From: an uncultured Gammaproteobacteria bacterium
GTDB taxonomy: Bacteria; Patescibacteriota; Microgenomatia; Levybacterales; UBA12049
NCBI GenBank assembly: GCA_964540055.1
Contig: CAZILC010000008.1
Span: 1 to 62,779 of the forward strand
Reading direction: 5' to 3'
DNA length: 62,779 bases
Shown: positions 44,891-52,949 of the stretch, piece after piece
How the letters are laid out: every line of letters starts with the position of its first letter
Numbering within the stretch: the first letter of the stretch is position 1
Program-made: the position numbers and the translations under genes
The notes under the pieces: model-generated
The model's database searches: none
Told to the model about the DNA's origin: nothing
What the model saw: only the letters and a program-made list of their open reading frames with translations

Positions 44891-45910
44891 ATGGATAAAA
44901 ATACCATTCAAAAACTCAAAGATGCGATTGGTAAAAGCAATAATATAGGTATTGCTGTCGCCCAAAACCCGTCTATTGACGAAATGGGTGCCGCGCTTTC
45001 ATTGTATTTAATGCTCAGAAGCGCGAATAAACGAGTTACCATCGCAAGTCCAACAGACCCTATAGTAGAGATTTCTTCCCTAGTCGGCATTGACCGAGTA
45101 CAACGTCATTTTGGCGGAGACAGCGGCGATTTGGTTGTTTCTTTCCCGTATAAAGAAGGGGAAATCGAAAAAGTTTCTTATACCCTTGAAAATAATTTTC
45201 TTAACATTATCGTTAAAGCATCTGAACAAGGTCTCTCCTTTGAAGAACAGGATGTCCGCTATACCAGAGGCAGTGGAAGTATCGATTTGTTAATTGTTGT
45301 CGGTGCGCCATCACTTGATCAGATTGGCGATGTTGTTGATTCGCAAAAATTGCGTGATATTTCAGTTATCAATTTTGATAACAATCCAAACAATCAAGGC
45401 TATGGAGATGTTGTTGTTCTTAACCCACAAGCTTCATCACTCAGTGAGCATGTGGCAGATGTTGCCTTAACACTTGGATTTGCAATCGAACAAGATGCTG
45501 CGCAGAATTTGCTCAGCGGAATAATGTTCGCAACTAAGAATTTCCAAGATCCACGAACAAGCTCACTTGCATTTGAAATCGCATCATTTCTTATGAAACA
45601 AGGCGCACAAAGAGCAACCGGCAGACAATATCCGAATAATGCGCCAAGTGTGAATAATGAGCCAGCTGCACAAATGAATGGTGCAAGTCCAATGCCAATG
45701 CCCCAGCCACAAATGAGACAGCCAGTTCAACGCCCGACACAACCTGAACCGGTAAGACAACCGCAATCAGTCCAGCAGCCACAACAACCATCAATGGATT
45801 CAGCGATGAATGATAACTATGATCAGATGGAACAACCTGAAGAACAAAACGAAAAGCCGCCGCTTGATTGGTTAACGCCAAAAGTCTACAAAGGATCTTC
45901 TGAAGTTTAA
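44891..45910 (+). CDS. NrnA/DHH-family homologue with all catalytic motifs substituted and a P/Q-rich tail
   Basis: The protein is collinear with NrnA, but motif I is AQNPSIDEMGAA, motif II VVGAPS, the DHH motif is FDN (45374-45382) and GDTG is FATK. The DHHA1 region is replaced by a P/Q-rich tail. Confidence 0.55.
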   Translation: MDKNTIQKLKDAIGKSNNIGIAVAQNPSIDEMGAALSLYLMLRSANKRVTIASPTDPIVEISSLVGIDRVQRHFGGDSGDLVVSFPYKEGEIEKVSYTLENNFLNIIVKASEQGLSFEEQDVRYTRGSGSIDLLIVVGAPSLDQIGDVVDSQKLRDISVINFDNNPNNQGYGDVVVLNPQASSLSEHVADVALTLGFAIEQDAAQNLLSGIMFATKNFQDPRTSSLAFEIASFLMKQGAQRATGRQYPNNAPSVNNEPAAQMNGASPMPMPQPQMRQPVQRPTQPEPVRQPQSVQQPQQPSMDSAMNDNYDQMEQPEEQNEKPPLDWLTPKVYKGSSEV

Positions 45911-45951
45911 TTTTATCATTGAGTCATTATAAATAGAGAATTGCTCACTAC

Positions 45952-45980
45952 TTGTCCTTCCTTACATTAAATGCTATAAT
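45952..45980 (+). promoter_or_regulatory. putative rpsO promoter (TTGTCC - 17 nt - TGcTATAAT)
   Basis: The extended -10 is at 45972-45980, and the ATG at 45990 lies 9 nt after it. Confidence 0.5.
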
Positions 45981-45989
45981 AGAGTCCTT

Positions 45990-46259
45990 ATGCCGTTGTC
46001 AACGACACAAAAACAAGAAATTATCAATAAATTTCAGACTGGAAAAGGCGACACAGGAAGTCCTGAAGTGCAGATCGCGCTTCTGACCACCAGAATTACC
46101 CGCCTCGCAGAACATTTGAAATCTCACACTCATGATGTACACAGCCGTCGCGGACTGCTCTCAATGATTGCTAAGCGTCGACGTTTGATCAATTTCTTGA
46201 AAAAAGTTGATGAAAAAAGAGTCTCCGGTATTTTGAAAGAAATCGGATTGAAAGACTAA
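45990..46259 (+). CDS. rpsO: 30S ribosomal protein S15
   Basis: 89 aa with a typical S15 sequence (GDTGSPEVQIALLT, HDVHSRRGLL). Confidence 0.95.
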   Translation: MPLSTTQKQEIINKFQTGKGDTGSPEVQIALLTTRITRLAEHLKSHTHDVHSRRGLLSMIAKRRRLINFLKKVDEKRVSGILKEIGLKD

Positions 46260-46297
46260 CTATTTTCTCCCTCATGGATAATGAATAATTGAGAGAA

Positions 46298-46326
46298 TTG
46301 TGTTTAGAGGAATTATCTGCTACAAT
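46298..46326 (+). promoter_or_regulatory. putative pnp promoter (TTGTGT - 17 nt - TACAAT) with a ~60-nt leader
   Basis: The leader contains the direct repeat CATAACGAA twice. Confidence 0.4.
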
Positions 46327-46391
46327 AGAAACATAACGAATTAAAGATTTGTAGCCGCATAACGAAAGGATAGTAAGAAAAAAAGAACTAC

Positions 46392-48782
46392 ATGAATAAA
46401 AATAAAACCACTGTAACTGTAGAATTTGCAGGAAAAACATTAAGTTTCGAAACAGGAGAACTAGCACCACAAGCAACAGCTTCAGTTTTGGCACGCCTCG
46501 GCGATACCATGGTACTTGTTACCATTGTTGAAGGTGGCGAGCGTACTGATATTGATTATTTCCCACTTAGCGTTGAATTTGTCGAAAGACTTTATGCTGG
46601 CGGAAAGATTAAAGGCAGCCGTTGGGTAAAAAGAGAAGGAAGACCATCAGATGAAGCAATTCTTGCAGGACGTTTGATAGATCGTTCTATCAGACCCCTT
46701 TTCCCAAAAAGTTTCAAACACGAAGTTCAGGTAATAGTTACTGTATTATCCGTTGATGCCGAGAATGATCCTGATATCGTAGCTCTTAATGCTGTCTCAG
46801 CAGCTCTTGCAATGTCTCGAATTCCATGGAATGGTCCTATTGCTGCAATCCGCATGGGTTATGTTGAAGAAAATGGCGAACAAGCAGCATTTCTCCCCAA
46901 TCCTACAACCAGTGAAGCAGAACATTCAATTCTTGATATAGTCGTTTCTCAAAGTAAAGAAAAGACCGTTATGATCGAAGCCGGTGCTTTGCAGGTTGCT
47001 GAAGCAGTAGTTGCAGAAGCTGTTCAGAAGGCACATGTTGAGACGCAGCGTGTTCTTGCAGGAATTGAAGAATTGGTGAAAAAAGCAGGCCAGGAAAAAT
47101 TGCCGGTTCCTCAAGATGAATCTCTTGCGAAGGCTGTTGCAGTTTTTGAAAAATCCTATAAAGAAGACATCGCGAAATTGATCGAAATCCGTGTCAAAAA
47201 AGAAGGCGGCGGAAATGAAACAGGAGAACTGGTTGACCGCGTGTATGATGATTTGAAGCTTAAAGATCCGACAGGTGAAGTAGATAAAAAGTCTCTTGCT
47301 GCAGCACTTGAAAAAGTAATGTTCAAGATGATCCGTGCAGATGTCGTGAACAAACAGAAAAGAGTAGACGGACGAAAGGTTGATGAACTTCGTGAAATTA
47401 GTGCACGGGTTGGTGTTCTTCCAAGAACACACGGATCAGCATTATTTAATCGCGGCATTACCCAGGCACTCAGTGTTGTGACCCTTGCGTCACCTCGTCT
47501 TGAGCAGCTTATTGAATCCGCAGAAGGCGAAGAGACAAAGCGATATATTCATCATTATTCAGGACTTCCTTATTCTTTCGGCCAGGCTGGAAGAGTAGGT
47601 GTTGTTTCCAGGCGGGAAATCGGTCATGGGGCACTTGCAGAACGCGCGCTCAAAGCAGTTATTCCAGATCAATCAGTATTTCCTTACACGATTCGTGTGG
47701 TTTCTGAAGTTTTGTCACAAAATGGTTCTAGTTCTATGGCATCAACCTGTGGTTCAACGCTTGCGTTGATGGATGCTGGTGTACCGATCACGGCTCCTGT
47801 TGCCGGTATCTCAATCGGCCGAATGTCCGAGGGCGAAAAAGCAGTTCTTCTTACCGATATCATTGGTTTGGAAGATTTTTCAGGAGACATGGATTTCAAA
47901 GTTGCCGGAACAGAAAAAGGAATTACCGCGATTCAACTTGATGTCAAAATCGACGGGTTGAAAGACGAAGAAATCGTTGAAATTTTTGCCAGAGCACGAA
48001 CAGCACGCATGCAGATTCTTGAAAAGATGCTTGCTGCAATTCCAACAGCACGCACTGAAGTATCAGAATACGCACCAAAGATTGCTGTTCTTCAAGTTCC
48101 GACAGAAAAAATCGGTGAAGTTATCGGACCGGGAGGTAAAAGCATCCGCAACATTATCGCTCAGACTGGTGCTGATGTAGATATTGATGATGATGGTAAA
48201 GTGACAGTTTCAGGCACCTCTGAAGAAGGTGTTCAGAAAGCATATGACTGGATCAGCGGCATGACTCGTGATGTCACACCAGGGGAAGAATTTGAGGGAG
48301 AAGTTAAAAGAATATTACCGTTTGGTGCATTTGTAGAATATCTCCCAGGTCGTGAAGGAATGGTACATGTCTCAAAGATGAGACGAGGATTTGTTAAAGA
48401 TCCAGCAGAAGTTGTCGCAATTGGAGACAAAGTACGGGTCAAAGTCGAAGAACGCGATTCACAGGGACGCATCAATCTGACAATGCTTTTGGGTGATGAC
48501 AATGATCAGCCACATCAACCACAAGGTGATGATCAGCAGCCAAGTTTTGACAGACCACAGGGTGACCGGTCAAGTTTCCGAAGAGATGATCGTGGTGGTC
48601 GTCCTTTCAGACCTCGCAACGACCGTCCCGGGTATGGCCGCAGTAATGATAGACCAGGTTTTGACCGTACCGCACCAAGTGAACGCTCAGCTCATCCATT
48701 GTCACAGCAATTACGAAGAGAGAATGAAGAAAAGACCCGCGGCCCCCGCAAATACGGCCCCAAGAAGAGATTTAGTAGATAA
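46392..48782 (+). CDS. pnp: polyribonucleotide nucleotidyltransferase (PNPase) with an Arg/Gly/Asp/Pro-rich tail
   Basis: Two RNase PH domains, then KH and S1 domains (GEVKRILPFGAFVEY), then a ~100-aa RGD/P-rich extension. Confidence 0.95.
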   Translation: MNKNKTTVTVEFAGKTLSFETGELAPQATASVLARLGDTMVLVTIVEGGERTDIDYFPLSVEFVERLYAGGKIKGSRWVKREGRPSDEAILAGRLIDRSIRPLFPKSFKHEVQVIVTVLSVDAENDPDIVALNAVSAALAMSRIPWNGPIAAIRMGYVEENGEQAAFLPNPTTSEAEHSILDIVVSQSKEKTVMIEAGALQVAEAVVAEAVQKAHVETQRVLAGIEELVKKAGQEKLPVPQDESLAKAVAVFEKSYKEDIAKLIEIRVKKEGGGNETGELVDRVYDDLKLKDPTGEVDKKSLAAALEKVMFKMIRADVVNKQKRVDGRKVDELREISARVGVLPRTHGSALFNRGITQALSVVTLASPRLEQLIESAEGEETKRYIHHYSGLPYSFGQAGRVGVVSRREIGHGALAERALKAVIPDQSVFPYTIRVVSEVLSQNGSSSMASTCGSTLALMDAGVPITAPVAGISIGRMSEGEKAVLLTDIIGLEDFSGDMDFKVAGTEKGITAIQLDVKIDGLKDEEIVEIFARARTARMQILEKMLAAIPTARTEVSEYAPKIAVLQVPTEKIGEVIGPGGKSIRNIIAQTGADVDIDDDGKVTVSGTSEEGVQKAYDWISGMTRDVTPGEEFEGEVKRILPFGAFVEYLPGREGMVHVSKMRRGFVKDPAEVVAIGDKVRVKVEERDSQGRINLTMLLGDDNDQPHQPQGDDQQPSFDRPQGDRSSFRRDDRGGRPFRPRNDRPGYGRSNDRPGFDRTAPSERSAHPLSQQLRRENEEKTRGPRKYGPKKRFSR

Positions 48783-48838
48783 GTTTACTATCCCATATTA
48801 ATTTCAATTCTCATTGAATGATTCATTAAGATTTTACG

Positions 48839-49660
48839 TTATAGTTCGGTAAAACTTTTTAGTATTAATAAGCGTCCCTCATCAAAATCTTTCGGTGATG
48901 TTTCGCCAAGAAATGTAAAAATGTACATTTGTTTTTCCCCTTGGAGAATAATATTATCTTGGGTAAAAAGACCAGTTTTCGGGTCATTAACAATTCTAGG
49001 TGCTTCAAATCCCGATAATCCTCCAAAGTTAACTTGCGTGATAGGTGTACTGCTTATAGGGGATGGGTTGGTTGCTGATATCGGACCACTTACTTTCTCT
49101 GCTGTCCAGGCTATAGTATCTTTAATTTGTTCTGCATGAGACTTTGCTCCAGGTTCAGTGTCATAAAAGAGAGGATAAACTTTTATATCACAAGAGTACA
49201 TTGTTTCTCGATCCTGTGAGCATACGTCTGCTTTCGGGTTATTAGGAACTGTTAGTGCAGCAGTAATTTCATTTAGCGCATATGCCTTCCAGGATGTTAA
49301 ATAAGTAAAACGAAATTTGCCTTGTTTACTGATGAATATAGCTGTTTTACTCGTAATTTGGGGAATTGTAGTTATAGTTTTTTTAACTGCAATTATGGGT
49401 TGTTCTACAGGAGTAGTTTGTTGGGTTACAGATTGTGTAGGAATAGCACTTTCGTATGTTTTGGAAGAAAACGATTTGTGGTTTCCTTTAGTAATAAAAA
49501 TTGCAGATAACATCCCAATGCAAAGTAAAATAATAAAGAGTAAAAGTATAAAAGGGTAAATTTTTTTAGTATTGTTATTAGTATCTAATGTTTTTTGAAT
49601 AATTTGTGGAGTAATTGATGAACTATCAGGAGGTGCAATTTTTGTTTGATGATCGTCCAT
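48839..49660 (-). CDS. membrane-anchored hypothetical protein
   Basis: One TM helix (IYPFILLLFIILLCIGMLSAIFI) and an extracytoplasmic domain. I prefer the start at 49660 (MDDHQ) because a TTGTAT-17-TACACT promoter lies within the longer ORF. Confidence 0.5.
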   Translation of the reverse strand: MDDHQTKIAPPDSSSITPQIIQKTLDTNNNTKKIYPFILLLFIILLCIGMLSAIFITKGNHKSFSSKTYESAIPTQSVTQQTTPVEQPIIAVKKTITTIPQITSKTAIFISKQGKFRFTYLTSWKAYALNEITAALTVPNNPKADVCSQDRETMYSCDIKVYPLFYDTEPGAKSHAEQIKDTIAWTAEKVSGPISATNPSPISSTPITQVNFGGLSGFEAPRIVNDPKTGLFTQDNIILQGEKQMYIFTFLGETSPKDFDEGRLLILKSFTEL

Positions 49661-49668
49661 GTATGATA

Positions 49669-49697
49669 AGTGTAACAACCATCTTTTTCTTATACAA
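49669..49697 (-). promoter_or_regulatory. putative promoter (TTGTAT - 17 nt - TACACT) 8 nt upstream of the ATG at 49660
   Basis: Read on the minus strand: the -10 is at 49674-49669 and the -35 at 49697-49692. Confidence 0.4.
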
Positions 49698-49724
49698 TTA
49701 GGAAATTGAAGTTTCATTGTAACG

Positions 49725-49733
49725 TGATAGAAT
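49725..49733 (+). promoter_or_regulatory. extended -10 (TGaTAGAAT) 9 nt upstream of the ATG at 49743
   Basis: Read directly. Confidence 0.35.
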
Positions 49734-49742
49734 GTCTGTATT

Positions 49743-50606
49743 ATGTATTTGCTTCATATCAAACCCATCTCACCTGAGAAAGCTGAAGGGCGGGTGGCGG
49801 AGGTTTTTCGGGATATTACTCAGACGTTGAATATTGTTGCTGTGCCTTTGGTATTTCAATATATTGCTGTGTATGAACAGTATTTGTTTTATATTTGGGA
49901 TAGGATCAAGCGTAACCTGGAATCGGATAGTTTTAAAGAATCCTGTGCGGAGCTTAAAGAAGTGACGTATCAGACGATTCCAATGCTCAAAACTCCATCA
50001 GATCAATTGAAAAATTTTGTCTGGGGGCTTCATCCATCAGAAAAATATGAGATAACTCAAGTTGTGAATTTGTTGGATGATATCAATATTAAATTAATGC
50101 TTATAACGATTGGCATTCGTGAAAGCATTAAAGGAATTCCGCATATCGCGAAGCTTCTGGAAGAGGATGAAGCATATATCGATGAACAGTTGGGGACATT
50201 GATGCAGCGGGAGCGGTTGGGACTGCAGGGGATGAACAAACATGATATAACGCAGGTGACTCGAATGCTTGCCCCGCTTCTTGGAAATAATACCCTTTTG
50301 ATTTCGCACTATCCGGATTTCTTTGCGACGGTTGCACAAGAGATGGAGAATCTCAAAAATATGCCAGCATATCTGCATCTGCGTGTTGAGATGGAACATA
50401 TGACATTTCAACGAATTGACCTTTTTGAAACACCGCTTGATTGCTCTTTCATTGATTTCATGCGGATGACAGAGGGGAAATCCTATACTGACGAAATTGT
50501 TTTTCTCCTCAAAGATACGTTTCCCTCTCACTTCCCGCATTTGGTTTTGACAACTGCGGTGATGAAGAACGCATTAACCTCAAATGAGAGTTCGCTTGTT
50601 GCCTAA
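49743..50606 (+). CDS. hypothetical protein, possibly DehI-like (halocarboxylic acid dehydrogenase family fold)
   Basis: The N-terminal pattern ISPEKAEGRVAEVFRDITQTLNIVAVPLVFQYIAVYEQYLFYIWDRIK resembles the DehI-family start as I recall it. This is unverified. Confidence 0.35.
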   Translation: MYLLHIKPISPEKAEGRVAEVFRDITQTLNIVAVPLVFQYIAVYEQYLFYIWDRIKRNLESDSFKESCAELKEVTYQTIPMLKTPSDQLKNFVWGLHPSEKYEITQVVNLLDDINIKLMLITIGIRESIKGIPHIAKLLEEDEAYIDEQLGTLMQRERLGLQGMNKHDITQVTRMLAPLLGNNTLLISHYPDFFATVAQEMENLKNMPAYLHLRVEMEHMTFQRIDLFETPLDCSFIDFMRMTEGKSYTDEIVFLLKDTFPSHFPHLVLTTAVMKNALTSNESSLVA

Positions 50607-50645
50607 CTCTTGCAATATATTTGCGTTAACGCTACGCTAAGAAAT

Positions 50646-51539
50646 ATGCTCAACAATCTTAAATTGATCTTTGTTCATGGAGTAAATGATCAGGCAACCA
50701 ACTACTCTCGGGGTTTGTACGAGAATGTTATTGCAATTTGTCGTGACAAACTTGAGCGCAGTGGTCATAAAGGGGTTGAAATTGAGAGAATTGTCCAGCA
50801 TGAGGTATTGTGGGCAAATCTCACAACTGATCTCACCAATCGTTACGAGCAGCTGGCTTCTTCACCGATTGATTATAAGGGGTCATTTATTGTGTTGACA
50901 CTTGTTCCGCTTGCCCTTTTGCTGCTTCTTATGAAATTTAATTTCTTTCGCAAAAGAATGACACCGTGGATTAAACAAAAAATTGTTCAAAATGTCGATC
51001 CGCTCGCAATCCAAATTATGCATTATATTAAAGATAAAGGCGATGAGAAGACAGGGAACATGAATATCTTAAAAGATTTTGATCAGAATATGAAGCGTAT
51101 TTTTTCTAAAGATAACCAAGATGTTGGGTATGATCCGCTTCCCGGAGAAGGGAAAAACATGATCATTGTTGCTCATTCGTTGGGATCGGTAATTGCTTTT
51201 GATTATGTGATGGGATTTCGTAAAGACTGCGCATTGGACAAGCATATAACGCTTAAAAGTTTTGTAACAATGGGTGCGCCTATTCCGATTTTTACCAGCG
51301 CCATGGGTCATCCTGATTCGGATCTGGAGTTGCCTGGAAATATCAAACGCTGGACGAATATCATCAATCCTCTTGATGGCATAGCCCGATCCCTCCCGCT
51401 TTTTTTCCGCAAGATTGCCCTTTTTGAGCGGCAAGTATCATTTGGCGATGATCCGATAAGCGCACATACCGGTTATTGGGATGACAAACGGACAGCCGAA
51501 ATTATTGCACAGGAGGTATTGCTGGCGTTGAAGGGATAG
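50646..51539 (+). CDS. alpha/beta-hydrolase (lipase/esterase-like) with a hydrophobic insertion
   Basis: FVHG oxyanion-type motif, nucleophile elbow AHSLGS, a late DPISAH, and a central hydrophobic stretch FIVLTLVPLALLLLLMKF. Confidence 0.5.
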   Translation: MLNNLKLIFVHGVNDQATNYSRGLYENVIAICRDKLERSGHKGVEIERIVQHEVLWANLTTDLTNRYEQLASSPIDYKGSFIVLTLVPLALLLLLMKFNFFRKRMTPWIKQKIVQNVDPLAIQIMHYIKDKGDEKTGNMNILKDFDQNMKRIFSKDNQDVGYDPLPGEGKNMIIVAHSLGSVIAFDYVMGFRKDCALDKHITLKSFVTMGAPIPIFTSAMGHPDSDLELPGNIKRWTNIINPLDGIARSLPLFFRKIALFERQVSFGDDPISAHTGYWDDKRTAEIIAQEVLLALKG

Positions 51540-51581
51540 ATTGTAATATCAGTTTTATTGAAAATAGTGTAAAATAAGACT

Positions 51582-52916
51582 ATGGATTCTGCCCAAGACC
51601 CTTCTTCAAAAATTCCATCGGTTCCGACCTCCGATCAAGTTGCTTCGCAATCAAGCACCGCTCCTCCATCAACAGGTGGTGGGGCAAATGGTGATAATTC
51701 CACCATAAATGGTGATAAGCCGATCGATAATCTCCCGAGCAATCAAGTAGTAACGCAACAGGAAAGCGTGGACGCGATTAGTGTTCAGAAGACTAATGCC
51801 GCATTACAGTCAAGTTCCCAGCATATTATTCAAGAAACGGCAAAAGACAGTAAGGGACAATCCTACGATCAGATCCGTAAATTGGGTGATATGGTTGAAA
51901 AATCAGCTGTCCCTGATGAGCTTCGGACGATTCTGAACGACCGTATCGCGCGTCTTGCACTTATCCGTTCAGGTGCGGGTTTTATGAGTTCGACATATAT
52001 CCTCGAATATGAATCAACACAACGCTATATCAATTGGGTAACCAGTTTTCCTTGGAAAAACAAAAGCAAAGACTTTTTAGACTTGAAAAAAGCCAAACAG
52101 ATTCTTGATCGTGATCATTATGGATTGGAAATGCTTAAGAATCGTATGCTTGAATACATAGCATCCATTATGCTTAATCTTCAGAATAACGGGCCTGATT
52201 TTGCTACACAGTCGCCGATTCTTTGTTTTGTAGGACTTGCCGGTACTGGTAAAACGACGTTTGCTATGTCTATCGCTGAAGCACTTGGAAGGCAGTTTAC
52301 CCGCATTCCATTTGGAGGAATGGCGGATTCTCGTGTACTTCGTGGTCAATCACGGTTTTTTCCAGATGCTGAACCGGGTCAGGTATATAAAGGTTTAGTT
52401 CGTGGCAAAACGCTTAATCCGGTATTACTTTTTGATGAACTTGATCGTGTGACTGAGACTGCACGTGCTGATATCATGGGCGTTCTCATCGAACTTTTGG
52501 ATCCGGGGCAGAATAATGCATTCTCAGATCACTATATCGATTTTCCCGTGAATCTTTCAAATTGTCTTTTTGTGGCAACAGCCAATAATACAACCGCAAT
52601 TTCGACCGCTGTTTTGGACCGTTTGGAGATTATTCAAATGCCATCATATAACGATGAAGAAAAGACTGTCATTGGTCGTGATTTTGTGTTTCCCAAAACC
52701 AAAAAACTTATTGGTTTGAAGCCTGATCAGTTAACAATCGATGAGCCTGTTTGGGAAGAGGTAATTCGACCACTTGGGTATGATCCCGGAATCCGTGGCC
52801 TTGAGCGATTGATCAACATGATGTGCAGAAAAGCTGCAAGAATGATCGTTTCAGGAGAAGCAAAAAACGTCCGAATCACCATGGATAACTACAAAGTGTT
52901 CACGAGTGAAATCTAA
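51582..52916 (+). CDS. Lon-type AAA+ ATPase module without a protease domain
   Basis: GLAGTGKTTFAMSIAEALGRQFTRIPFGGMADSRVLRGQSRFF...LLFDELDRV is collinear with the LonA ATPase. The ORF ends right after the AAA+ alpha-subdomain. The N-terminus is S/P/Q-rich low complexity. Confidence 0.7.
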   Translation: MDSAQDPSSKIPSVPTSDQVASQSSTAPPSTGGGANGDNSTINGDKPIDNLPSNQVVTQQESVDAISVQKTNAALQSSSQHIIQETAKDSKGQSYDQIRKLGDMVEKSAVPDELRTILNDRIARLALIRSGAGFMSSTYILEYESTQRYINWVTSFPWKNKSKDFLDLKKAKQILDRDHYGLEMLKNRMLEYIASIMLNLQNNGPDFATQSPILCFVGLAGTGKTTFAMSIAEALGRQFTRIPFGGMADSRVLRGQSRFFPDAEPGQVYKGLVRGKTLNPVLLFDELDRVTETARADIMGVLIELLDPGQNNAFSDHYIDFPVNLSNCLFVATANNTTAISTAVLDRLEIIQMPSYNDEEKTVIGRDFVFPKTKKLIGLKPDQLTIDEPVWEEVIRPLGYDPGIRGLERLINMMCRKAARMIVSGEAKNVRITMDNYKVFTSEI

Positions 52917-52933
52917 TGGAAAATACTCGAGTG

Positions 52934-52942
52934 TGCTATACT
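52934..52942 (+). promoter_or_regulatory. extended -10 (TGcTATACT) 7 nt upstream of the rnj ATG
   Basis: Read directly. Confidence 0.4.
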
Positions 52943-52949
52943 ATACAAA

